A stretch of DNA of 64,000 nt from Octopus bimaculoides (taxonomy: Eukaryota). This document shows positions 22,588-35,480 of this stretch, in pieces. Both the position numbers and the translations under genes were made by a program. Location of the stretch: assembly GCF_001194135.2 (NCBI RefSeq), contig NC_068990.1, positions 79,672,821 to 79,736,820 of the forward strand, given 5' to 3'. Every line of letters begins with the position of its first letter. The stretch's first letter is position 1. The notes under the pieces are model-generated. The model saw nothing but the letters and a program-made list of their open reading frames with translations. It was not told the DNA's origin and did no database searches.

Positions 22588-22805
22588 GGGGCGGCGAGCT
22601 GGCAGAAGCGTTAGCATGCCGGGCGAAATGCTTAGTGGTATTTCGTCTGTCTTTACGTTCTGAGTTCAAATTCCGCCGAGGTCGACTTTGCCTTTCATAC
22701 TTTCGGGGTCGATAAATTGAGTACCAGTTGTGTACTGGGGTCGATCTAATCGACTGCCCCCCCTATTCCATCAGAATTTCGAGCCTTGTGCCTAGTGTAG
22801 AAAGG
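22588..22805 (+). mobile_element. tRNA-derived SINE family B, full length
   Basis: GGCGGCGAGCTGGCAGAAGCGTTAGC...GAGTTCAAATTCC head; 18-bp TSD with one mismatch AATATTATTT(G/A)AGAAACT (22570-22587, 22806-22823). Confidence 0.88.
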
Positions 22806-24654
22806 AATATTATTTAAGAAACTAGCTGGCCCCGCACCGTAAAAAATGACGGCTGATTGTAGTATTTTATACATAAATAAGCACAAAAGTTAGAACATGG
22901 ATGGTAATTCAAAGTAAAATACTTCTCAATGCTATCTAGTGGTTGTATTTTGAGATGCAATATCGATCCATACAATCATTCACATACTTCCCTTGTACAC
23001 GTACACACATAAACTCAAACAGAGTTGGAACGCTGTTTGAGTTTTCTTTTCAGCATTGAATGTTCACCATCCCACTTCCATTGCACGCGCGCACACACAC
23101 ACACCTCCCTTTTACATATACTCACAGAGTTGAAACGCTGTTTGATAGTTTCTTCACCGTAGAACCTACTTTATATTTGCGTTGACAGTTAACGAGGCCA
23201 ATCTCAATGGTATCGGAGAATCTGCGAAAGGTACGAACACAGAACTTTCTTTGAGACTGGAAAAAAAGAACTAAAGAAAAAAAAATACAGAATTTAAAGC
23301 CGCAAGACATATTGCCCAACAGTGTATCGACTCCACCACTCTACCGCTCTTAAAACTGGCTAAACAAAAAAAAAACTATCATGATGAACCGATAGTAGTC
23401 GCCATGTTATCAAGGGAAAGCACTCTGCAACCTACAGAAAGCGTTACCTCCCTGGCCAGTTGTACGATTTGAGTGGTAGTAACACTGTTAGAAATTAGCA
23501 GTAGTGCTACTACAGTTGCTTGACAGTACTATTAGGAACGGGATATTTCTTAAAAATAAATAAATAAATAAATAAATAAAAAGCCCTGTAGACCCTTTTC
23601 ATAATAAGTATAATTCGATAACTGTAAGTCGGATTATTCAGCAGACTGTCCCCAATCAAAATAAGCTTACCACATTCACTGCTACTTTGCTTTCACTACA
23701 ATTCAGTACAAGCCCCAATACATCATAATATTCCACATGAACACTGACATTGAATGCAGACGTATTTTGATAATTTAATCTCAACACAGAAGTCCAGATG
23801 ATATTCCTACAATGAACTGCAAATAACATTCTCTCAAGCTGTACTCTATTGTAAATCAGTTTCTTCAACTACCTCTCTATCTGTCTCTCTGACTCTCTCT
23901 CTGTTTTTCTCTCTTTCTAACTATATTTTGTTCTAAATTATGGAAAGATATGGGAGTATGCCTCATTTCAAATGAGACAACTTCGAAAACTCTGCTTGTT
24001 ATTGATCATTCTTACTATTGGCATGTCGTAAGTAACCACCATTACGTTTATTATAAAATGAGATCAATGAGTCTTTAACTAAACTCGGCACTGGGAATCT
24101 TGTTGCAGTTGCCTTTTATCAAGTGTATTAGAAGTTACTTGTCGTAGCGTTTGTTGACTGAGTCCGCTATATGAGTCAGTTAAATTCTTAAACTATTCTT
24201 TCTGCAAATTCACAAACTAGCTTACTGCTGAGTAGCCATATTCACTTCCATGAGGTTCGGTTTAATCTATTGTACACAGGTATCTCATACTCAAAATTTA
24301 GATGCTTTCAACTGCCAGACAATTATAACTTCTACGAGATTTCAAAACAATATATCATGCACTCTGCTGTGAACATTACACTTGAGACTTGTTGAGCAAC
24401 AGTATGAAAATCTTTATACATAGTCAGGAAACACTCTTACAGCACTACATCATCCTAGTCTTATTTAACGGTTTCAAGAAACAATGTATTACACAGTCAA
24501 AAGAACAAGATATAGCTAAAACTTTCACACACCCACAAATGCTTGTCCTTACAATCTTTGGCGAACTTTTCATGGCACCAACACTCATCTAGAACAAAGC
24601 TATGATAGTATCTCAAAAATTGGTACCCTTTTCGGGATCAGATGTATGTATGTG

Positions 24655-24670
24655 CGCGCGCGCGCGTCTT

Positions 24671-24704
<34 letters not shown>

Positions 24705-24706
24705 TG

Positions 24707-24739
<33 letters not shown>

Positions 24740-24740
24740 A
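24655..24740. repeat. (CG)n/(TG)n microsatellite
   Basis: Direct reading. Confidence 0.9.
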
Positions 24741-26799
24741 CAATACATGCATACAAACATGCAATATATGGGAAGAACATAGCCAAAGCCCTAAAGGCAA
24801 TCAGAGACAGCGGTCAGCTGTTCTAGTTGGATCTAGTCGAAGAGGAACAAAAACAACTTCCATACCGATTGAAGGCGACATTTTTTGCTTCAGAGCTAAG
24901 GGAAATAACTCTGAGTGAGTCATTATGATAGCGTTGACGTTTCACCGCTACCACGACAGCCAACGCTATTTCTTCTTTAACTGCAAGTTTGAAAGCTGAG
25001 TCAACGGAGAGGAGTTGCAACTAGATTAACTCTCCAGGCGGTTTAACTGTACAGGTCACCGAAATGCAAGTGGCTAAAAAGTGTTAGCAGAAGGGCACCC
25101 AGAAAATCGTGAGCTTGATGCGGCCCGGCACGCTTCGAATGTAAGACGTTAAGGGCCGTAACACTTGCATGCGCGGGGTTTCTTCTCTGAAAGCCTTCTG
25201 CTGTTCAGCTCGCTTGAGAGTTTCTTGGTACTATATACAGACAGACAGGCATACACACACACGCACACACAGACATATTTGTACATATAAATAAATACAT
25301 ACGCCTGCGCGCGCTTTCACGCACACACAAACATAGTTGTTCATTATGTTTTCATTAGTCAAATAAAACAGACACTCGTATAGTTGGCAACATTTCTTAT
25401 TCAGTGTTATGAATTTAGTCTCATAGCAGCTGATTCATGTTACCGAACGGTTTCGTATTAAAGAATCTCCTAAAGGTGGAAAGGTAAATTAACAGTCATC
25501 AGACATGGCTGAATGGAAGTGTATAGCTTGAAGTCTTTTATTCGTGGAGATCTGAAAATATTACGTTCGGTGTACAAGTCTCAGAAAATTAAAAAAAAAA
25601 ACGAAATGAAAACCAAGGTTGAGGAAACAGGAGAGAAAAAAAATGGATGACCTTAGGCCTTAGGTTATTAGAATTTTGTCCCTTAGATTTGTCCTTTCAG
25701 TCATTATCCTGGATGTCAGTATCCAAATGGTAACTGTCCCTCTTAAATTTTTGTATGAGTGTGGAATAAAAAAGGAGTTAGAGTCAGGGAGAAAAAGGAA
25801 ATGCGATACAGTTGGAGATGAGCAGTGGGGAAGTGCTTTATCGAAGAATGTGTAAAGGTGTGTCTAAGCGTTGGGCCTGGTGGAAATAATTCCTTTTATT
25901 ATGGTAAGAGGACTTCTAATGGGGAAAGAACTTACTCGTCATGATGACAAGAGGACACTTCTTCGCTTTTAGAGTGCTGATACGACCCTGGCTAAAGGGA
26001 ATTCATCCAGGTAATCCCTTTGCACCTCGTACTGCTGTTGAGATTGGGTAAGCTCTACATATGTTACATAGAGGCCGTCGATAATGAAGCAGCGGTAGTA
26101 TCGAAGGACCGCAAAAGGGTGACGCAAGTAAAGATATGTTGGTACAATAGAAGGCCCCTTTAAGACCAGACTTAACAATCACAAGTCATTAAAAAAAATT
26201 CATGAGTAACATAACTTCACAAAACGGTGAAGCGTATATGGATATTGAAAGAAAAAGCAGCACAATATAGTATCAGCTGAAGATCAGTGGAAAAGAGCAG
26301 ACCTTACTTCAACAGCAATAAGAAATGCAGACTTGATTGAAGCCATATTGAGTGGAATCCGTTGACAATTCGGCGGTTATGAAAGAGAAAGCTGAAAGGA
26401 TTAAATAATTGTTCTGTTACTTTGTTTTAAAAAATTCTTTTCGATTATTTTCATATCAATAATATTTACCAAAATTTCAGGGAGACAATTTTAGAAAATA
26501 GTATTTAGAGAGTAAAAATGAAATGGAAAGAAAGAAAGATATTAATACTTAAGACATTAAGAAATAATATTTTAAGATCTATAATTAAGTGGAGTTTTAG
26601 TGCTTTCAACAGAAAGGAATACTCCTGACAGTTATTCTGTTTCTAGTGTAAAATATGATAAAAGGCCTGAAAGAAATGTGCGACAATACGGCAGTAGATA
26701 TAGTCTAAAGAATTGTAAGATTCATACATACAGAAAATAAGATAAAACACCATGTCATATTATTAAGAATATATGTTATTGCTATTAAATATTTCGTAT

Positions 26800-27144
26800 G
26801 GAGGCGCAATGGCCCAGTGGTCATAGGATCGCGGTTTCGATTCCCAGACCGGGCATTGTGAGTGTTTATTGAGCGAAAACACCTAAAGCTCCACGAAGCT
26901 CCGGCAGGGGATGGTGGTGAACCCTGCTGTACTCTTCCACCACAACTTTCTCTCACTCTTACTTTCTGTTTCTGTTGTGCCTGTAATTCAAAGGGTCAGC
27001 CTTGTCACACACTGTGTCACGCTGAATCTCCCCAAGAACTACGGTAAGGGTGCACGTGTCTCTGGAGTGCTCAGCCACTTGCACGTTAATTTCATGAGCA
27101 AGCTGTTCTGTTGATCGGATCAACTGGAAACCTCTACAACAACA
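26800..27144 (+). mobile_element. tRNA-derived SINE family A
   Basis: Aligns with the reverse complement of 12320-12691; ACAACAACA tail; 12-bp TSD TAAATATTTCGT (26786-26797, 27145-27156). Confidence 0.88.
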
Positions 27145-28199
27145 TAAATATTTCGTGGTATATTATAAAAGAACCTTATATTAGTATTTCATTATAATTC
27201 TTAGAAATATTGTATTATGACCATCTTCTATCTTGTCACAATCGTTGGTGTTCCTTACAATAATCGGTCGTATCAAAACGCGATCACCCCATATATATGT
27301 AATCATCTCTTCTACGTGATGGATTAGCAATAATATCGATCGGTAGTAAAGTTGCTCATCAATAAAACAATAAAATCACTAAACCGTTTCAAAACAACAG
27401 TTAAGCAGAATTCTCTATTTGATCAATCATCAATAAAACTGTTCAGTTTTAATGTCCTCTAAAACTATTTGTTTATTTGTCCACAAAACTATTAAGACAC
27501 TCTTTCAGCTCTCTTGTTAACTCACTCAGCTATTAAATGGCTTAATTATAAAAACATAACTAGGAGGTACTCTAATATGTTACTTAATATTTGATTATGC
27601 ACCTGTCAGAGAATCAGTCCTCCCTCAATCCTTTCCCTCCATCTCATCATTACACTTATCAACAATCTACTGTCACTCACACCAGTGACTTAACTGGCAA
27701 TTGGTTACCCAATAGATTGATCCAGCTATCAGTTTATGCTTATGCTATAGCATTCCAAAGAGTTCACTCAAGCATGAACCATTTAAGTATTATTATGTTT
27801 ATTCAATAATTATTTCCAAGAAAAAAAAATAATAAAAGGGAAGAAAAACCGATTGCACAATTACCACTCAAAACTTGGGTTATTAACCATGACAGTTGTT
27901 ACCCTTGTTGCTTAGCTCCAGATCAACCATGATCCAACAGACCTTTGTTCAAAGGAACTTCCTACTAGAAAATCTGGGGCTATATTTATCTAATGCTTAT
28001 TTCCTTGTTTAAGATGGTGGGAAATTTGAAGGAAATTAACTGTTCATTCTAGCAGGTCGAACAACCACAAATAAGCTCTATAGAGAGGCTTCCAGTCTCT
28101 AAATCTGGTGTAAGCACACGTTCCACACATTCTCTCAGTCATAAACTCTCATTATTTACTATGTTAAAGCGTACATATCGCTATAAAAGAGTTCAAAAC

Positions 28200-28444
28200 G
28201 TTAGACGGACAATTCGTCGACAAACAGTTGGCCGACAGAATGCAATTTAATGCTGGAAAATTCCAAGCCCTGCTCTACCGACACGCAAAACTGAACAAAA
28301 TGCAGGCAGAATACAGAACTCGTTTCGTTTTGATGATCTCAATGATCGATACTCCCGCATGTCGACTTAATGTCCAATCAGCCAATTGTCCAATCTGAGA
28401 ATTGTCTGTCGGCGAATTGTCTGTCGATGAATTGTCTGCACACG
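28200..28444. mobile_element. Small inverted-repeat element with 15-bp subterminal repeats and a 9-bp TSD
   Basis: Left GACAATTCGTCGACA/AACAGTTGGCCGACA; right GAATTGTCTGTCGGC-GAATTGTCTGTCGAT-GAATTGTCTG; flanked by GTTCAAAAC (28191-28199, 28445-28453). Confidence 0.6.
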
Positions 28445-28921
28445 GTTCAAAACAGGCAACGTTCTTTTGCTACGAGGAATGTAAAGACTAACGCTGTAGG
28501 TCTTATTCTTACTCTGATTTTTGGCGATGTTGGTCATCACCAGTTTTCTCAGAACCCGGAGTATCTCACATAAAAATAAAAGGAAGATTTTTTCTTAATC
28601 AGAAACCATGTTGGAGTGGCAGCGTCAGGTTGTATATTGGTTGTATATTTCTTTTGTTTCTTTTACTACCACTACTATGATTTCTGCTCTTTTAAACCTC
28701 ATCTAAATCACGTTGCACCTGCACATCATAACGTACCACTACCACTACTATTATCGCCGTAATTAACTTAAAACTCACAGTTTAATCACCGAAATACATT
28801 TCTCTTGCTCTCAGCAAGCCACCTTTCCCAGCTACCATCGGGAAACACTTTAATTTCAGTATTATTCTTTCTCCTTTTCAGATAAATGGATGAATAAGCG
28901 ATTACATCGCGNNNNNNNNNN

Positions 28922-29013
28922 CACATATATACACACATATATACACACACATATATATACACACACACATATATATACACACACATATATATACACACAC
29001 ATATATACACACA
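28922..29013. repeat. Compound (AT)n(AC)n microsatellite with a period of about 12-16 bp
   Basis: Direct reading. Confidence 0.85.
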
Positions 29014-32000
29014 CGGTAAAGTAAATAAATATGGTTGATTGTGAATTTTAAAAAAGATTAACGATTGGTTTTCTTTTTGGGGATGAATTGCGGTTTCAAT
29101 CCCGAAACCTCAACTAATCACTTAAAAGAAAATGTCTTTTACCAAAGCTTCTTTGGTAAATGCTTTTTACTAAAGTGTTAGTTCGACCGAAGCCTTGTGA
29201 GTGAAATTTGGTATACGGAAAATCGCAGAAGCCCATCGGATGGCCTGCACCTATAATTTAAGTTCAGTTTTGTACCAGTGTGTCGCGCTGATTCCATTTT
29301 AGAATCATGTTAAAGATACACTTCTGTAGAATACTCTGGCACTTCGCGCTCTAATTCTAGAATTGCTCGAACAGATGGTTATTCATATGTCGATCTCGAG
29401 GGGATAGTCCATAGTTCATCTCTGTCTCTTCCCCACTCTCTCTCTTACACCTGTAGATATTAAAACAGTTGAATTCATTCATAATTCTTTTCCATTTTAC
29501 TAATTTGAAAAAGAAAAATACCCTTGCCTACACTCATAATTCTCCGTCTTTCTCTCTACTCTGTATTTCTCCTTACACCTCTCTCTTTGTGATTTGTGAA
29601 AAGTAATTTGTTCTGAAAAAAAAAAATATATAAACAAAAAAAAAAACGTATCTGATTTCCATAAATAATTAAAATTTAATTTATAATGATGAGATCAATT
29701 AAGATCGAAATACGTATATGTAATTGGAAGTTTATTATCGTTATAATTAAAAAATAACATGAAATAGATCTCTCATTTGTAGTGTACTGTATTTTCTCTG
29801 GTTATTTACGTTCTGTGTTAAAATAGTTTGATGTAAAATTTGCCTTCCATTCTTTCAGAATCGATGAAATAAAGTACCAGCCAAGTACCGAAGTCGAATT
29901 AATCGACTAACTGCTGCCTGCAAGTGGCAGGCTTTGTGCTTTTATCACAGACTGTTATAATTAATACTACGAAATAAGTTAACTTTAAATATATTTTTGT
30001 CTTTATAAAAGAGCCCTCCCAGCAAAAAAGACAAAAAAACAAAAAAACAAAACAAGAAAATATAAACAAATAGGCTATCCAAAAAGATACTTGTAAAAGT
30101 AAAGGATTCTCAATCATTACTGAATAACATTTAAAAATGGGTTCATAAATGTGTGTCACAAGGGGGTGGAATGCGAAAGCAATAACCAGAAGAACGCAAA
30201 AAGCCAAGTGGATATCTCACTCGCCTAACATGTATACACAAGTGAAATATGGCTGGAAAAAAAGACAAAAGCCCAATAAAAATGGAAAAGACTGAATTTG
30301 AACAACTGAATTTGAGAAAAGAATATCGAGAAAGAATAATAGCTCTAAAAGCTATAGAAATAAACCTAAAATTGAATCCATTCAACATTTGACTCTTTCA
30401 CTCACTTTCTTGCCTATATTTTTTTTTTACCACTTCTCTCTGTCTTTCTGGTTTGAAACAGCAAACAATATTTGCATTTGCATTTATTGTACTCTGTCCT
30501 CCTCTGTTTGTCTGTCTCCGTCTGTATGTCTGTCTCTGTCTGTCTCTCTCTTTCTCTACNNNNNNNNNNTTAAGATCGAAGTAAGTATAATGTAATTAGA
30601 ATTTTATTATCATTACTACATTGAAATAAACACGAAACTGATTTAACACAATTCTGAAGAAAAGGTTTTCTTGATATCTGTTATGTTTACACATTATTCA
30701 CTTCAAACCATCCAGACAACGGAGGTAGATAAACTGATATAATATTCTAGGAGACAAATTTATCCATATGGTTTTTCTTACTGTTATATCTAGTCGATTT
30801 GCATTGTCGGTTCTATCGGTATAAATTGTAAAATCACAGAAAATGATGATATGGCCAGTTTTAGTGATTTGTTGGAAAGGTGTTTATACCAATTTTTAGA
30901 CATTCCCATAGTGCTTGCAGATTTTCCATTGGATGTATTGTCCTATTTGCCAGTGCCTATTGTTCCTTGGGCTACGTATCTAGTCGGATTTGTAAAGAAG
31001 AAAAGTTATGCATTCCGTTAATCAACAGGGTGCTTCGGAAGGATTTTTCATTAAATGAAAAAAGATTTAGCTAAAAGATTAGATAAGCAACAGTTTGAAA
31101 TTTCATATATTCCTGGGGAATTCCAGTTTCGAGTATCTAAGAGCTATTTATATATTTTCTTTATAGATACCCTTATATATATCTGCTGTGGAAACTTACT
31201 GGAAAGTGTGATGAGTGATCCCCGTACAGTGCGTTTGCTCTGTAGTTATTTCTATATAATGTGGTTATTGTACATTGTTAATTTGGTGTGCGATTAATTT
31301 ACAATTGTCTTTGAGTTGTATGATAGTTTTATTACGACACATTGGACAATGTAGCTCCTGATATCTCTAAAAGACGAGGCAGTCACTATTAGAGAATCTT
31401 TGATCATATGCCTGCTCTATTAGGGCCGATGTGAGGATATACAATAGCAACAATAAAAAAACTGATAAGCTCTGTTCTTGCAATATTTACCTTAAGGACA
31501 GTAGATTAGGAGAACAGGTACAATGACAAACAAAATGCATTGTGGTATTTAGTTGAATTCATATTTCAGTGGAGATTTTGAACTCGACTAAATACCGACC
31601 AAATCAACTATACTATTTATTTAAATTTAAGGCCTTGTGTCAAAAATCAATATTTACCTTAATGGATATAATGTTGTGAAACAGCCATTTACTCAATGTC
31701 ACGATATTTACCCCAAAGCAAGTAATCACTTCTTGATAAACACCTCATAGACGGTCGTTCTCAATTCCAACTAACAATCAAGCAAAAAGTTAACTAAATC
31801 GTCTCAGAGAGAAAATTTTATTTACGATGTCGTCCAAATTAGGAGGAATGTCCGTGGATTCACTGAACAGTGACAGACCTGTCGTGTCATTCCTGAAGAG
31901 ATTGTAATTACGCTAATACCGCGAGAGATTTTCAGCAAATTTCCTTGAATTTTACACGAATTATCTAACATTGGATGCAACTATCCATGAACCGATCTGT

Positions 32001-33257
32001 CAGATGAAGTTTGGCATTACTAAAATAATCGTTTAATTAAAATACAATGTTCTAACACTCACTTGTTGATGAGGCTTAATAGAATTTATCATACGACAAT
32101 GGCTCGAGACACGTGCAACTAATTCACTTGATATACATATTAGAAACTGTATTCAACGTAGAACATTTTCCAGGCTGGTATGTAACTATACTGGTCTTAC
32201 ACTTGTACTAAAGTTCTCTATGAATATGGAAATCAATGTTTTTGGAGATGTACACTGTGATCATCTCTTCTATAGATATGAGAGTCTCCAGACCTGCGCA
32301 TGTTGCAGTATCAAAAGAAATGAGTTCAGAGAGTTTGGTAATTAATTTATTTCAACTGAGAAAGTTAATGGTTAGATTATTGGTTAGGTCTAGTGGTATG
32401 TTTTTTGGAAAGTTAGTGTTTATCTCTGGATTCATGAGTTAAGAAGTAGTAAAGAAACAATTTCAGTTGTTGAAATTATAGGACACTAGTAGAGTGTAAG
32501 CAACTTTCGTAGTAGTTTTCTGTCCTGCATTGTTACTTGCTAATCATTATTAATTGCTTCGATAATCTTAGCTAATCCGAGTTTTTCAACTCACATAGTG
32601 AGTTGAAAGAATTGGATTAACTTAGATTCTCCCTAGTTAACAAAACTCCTTAATATCTAAAAAAAAAAAAAGAAAAAATAATAACAACCCCACCGCAAAC
32701 CCAGATTAATGACAGATCTTTTCATGTTAGTCTTTTGTTGACTGGCTCACAAACCGTGAAACTCAGGACAATTTCCTTTATTTTCCTCGATACGAAAAGA
32801 ATAGCTAAGTATATTTACATCTGTATAGAGTTTCACAGTGATGGTTTTAACCCATATATATCCCTGGTTGCGTTTTCGCAACACAAGCAACACAAAATCT
32901 GTTCCTACTTGTTTGGACATGAACTCGCCGAGAAGCGTCTGACTGAGCATACAAAATGTTCAGTAGGTAGTCGACACCCGTAGCTAATAGCTGCATATTG
33001 TCCTTCTCCTCCAGATTGTGAAAGCTTACCATAACGTTTAATCTAAATACAGTGAAATTTTAAGACTTCATTTTTTTATGGGCACATATGAGTTATATAC
33101 TGTAGTAGTTTACTTTCAATTTATCTTTGCTACCTAATACATGCGGTGTTGAGAAAAATGTCTTGTAATTACGGCGAATAGAGAAGGAGTAGTTATATGA
33201 CCCTGTTTTATACCATCCCTAATTATAAACGGGTCTGAGCATTCTCCGTTAATTAAA

Positions 33258-33455
33258 ACATGCGTGGCCTACTGGTTAGGGTGTTGCACTCATAATCGCC
33301 AGTTCGTGGATTGGATTCCCGGACCGTGCGGCCAGGTGTTTTCTTGATGAAAATATCTAATTTCACGTTGCTCTAGTACTGTATGGGGACCGGCATATCA
33401 AATAATAGACTCAACGCTTTCTTTGCATGTCATAAAAGGCAACTAGAAGAGATTG
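33258..33455 (+). mobile_element. Old tRNA-derived SINE
   Basis: GCGTGGCCTACTGGTTAGGGTG...GATTCCCGGACC head; later TTTGCATGTCATAAAAGGCAACTAG resembles an RTE-type tail. Confidence 0.5.
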
Positions 33456-34079
33456 AGGTAAGATTTGCGCTCTCGACCGCCTAATACCCTCACCAGCAAC
33501 AACTACCCAAACAAACCCATGGATTGGAGGGTTGTCGCATGAGAACGAAATCTAAAATAGACGAATGAACGCTTGAAAAGTAATTTAATAAATCTCTAAA
33601 ACATTCTCAGCATAGCTGAAAGATATGTATTATTTAAGCTTTAATAAGTATTTCGCCATCCTTAGTCCTAATGGCAACACAACAGATTGAGAGAGAACCA
33701 TAAACTTGACTTATAAGAGAGTAAGTTTTCTTAATACTCTTTTCTTCGTTATACTTTCTAAAGATCAGAGGCACTACCAATCTACCACTTATATCTCACG
33801 CTTCTGATTTTCTTTTGAATTTTTGAATTAGCTGTAGTTTTATACTGGTTCAATAAATTTTCATTATGATAGTTATTTATGTAGGTCTCTTTGCAACGAT
33901 AAATTTTGTATGTGTTTATAATTATAGTCAAAGCAGCAATTTATTTTGGACTATGTAACCCACAATATTTCTTTTGAAATTTGGTAAACCGCTTTTTGAA
34001 GACATCATATTTTGCCTTGTCCTTTTAACTCTTGATTAACAGAATTTTCCATAAAGTTTGTAACATCAAGCGTATTTCA

Positions 34080-34810
34080 AGCGTTGAAAATTTTGTTTTA
34101 TAATTTTGGATCTTATTTTGAAGTTCAGTTTAGTTCATACAATATGTCTGTGTCAACGTGCTTCTCAAAATTAAAGCACCTAACATAATTACTTCCAATT
34201 AGAACATAAGTTTTATGTCATGTTTTGGATCCTGAATGCATCCAAGTTGGTTTGTGAAACTAAAGTATTATAAGCAGGCAAAGAAAGTATTATAATTCTG
34301 TACACGTTCGTTGTAAAAATACACTATTCATATTTGATTTTATTTCCTCATGATGTCCTAAACAGTTCCATATTTCACAATTTTTACCAACTTTCATATT
34401 GAAATCCCCAAGAATTGCTACGTTGTCTCCAACTAAAATTTTCTGGATAAAAACTTTTAGTCCAACAATAAACAGATTCTTTTGTCTTCAGGAGAACCAT
34501 TAATTGTTCGTGTATAAACACTGATGAACATCACTGAGTGATACAGGATGGAAACACAGACATAAATCTATTATTTAAACTAGATGGTAGTTCAGTAAGG
34601 TATGGCATTAACGTTTTAACTGTCAAACTAACACCAGAGTCCATCATCAAATATCTTTTCAATGCCACTTCACATAAAAAAAAAAAAAACGAGTAACTAG
34701 AGCATAGTTCGGTATATCGACCCTCACCAGCAAAACAGTTTTCAGATAAGGCGACAATATCCACCCTGTAAAGCAGTTTTTGTTTCGGAAGGTATTTCAT
34801 TATCATTCAA
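34080..34810 (-). mobile_element. RTE-clade LINE, decayed apurinic endonuclease domain
   Basis: YRVDIVALSE..FAGEG..TE..SSYSFF, LTELPSSLNNRFM, ISVY, AILGDFNMKVG and TWMHSGSK motifs in order. Confidence 0.8.
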
Positions 34811-35334
34811 AGTTCTTATATTCCAACAACTAACTATAGGATCGGATAGGTTTTTGACAGTCACTTAATAACAACCTGCGCTAAGTTCTCTCTTACTTGG
34901 AATCTCTACCAATACAAACTTAGGAGATCGAGTTTCACAAGCTGTTTTTGATATTAACATTATTTTGAAAATTTTACATTTCATAAATTTGATTAGGATT
35001 TTGTGTTCGACGGCTACTATCAGGCATACATTATCTAAAATAACGTATAAAATAAATAAATGTATATAAGAATACAAAATATATATAACAATACACTTTT
35101 CAAACTATATCAGGTAATTTTAAGATAATTCAACACGATTAAGTGACCTATCCATGTTAACAAGCTACATCTATGTACGGATAAGATCAACTTCATTCTT
35201 ATAGAAAATCCATAACAAATATCTACACCGAGGGATACACCTAAACCAGATGTTCAGTATCCCACTCGCAAGGGATCAATGCTAGGTGGGTCGAAACAAA
35301 TGCAGTGATCAATAAAGACTCTCGTATCTGCCAT

Positions 35335-35480
35335 CTTTCATTGTAATATATAAGCATTGTAATTCATATATAAGTTTCCTCGATCTGCACAGACATTCCT
35401 CCAGTAGTCCCTGTCCTCCCTTGACGACTTCAACTCGGTAACTGACAGGTCCCTGTCCATCACAGCGTTGCAACCCATTT
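35335..35480 (-). mobile_element. Possible RTE ORF C-terminal remnant
   Basis: DLSVTELKSSREDRDYWR resembles the 'EL...AEDR..WR' end of RTE ORFs. Confidence 0.35.

Noticed and set aside
32200-32520. Possible piggyBac-like transposase remnant (LISIEEM)
   Set aside because: A single weak motif with no supporting neighbouring motifs
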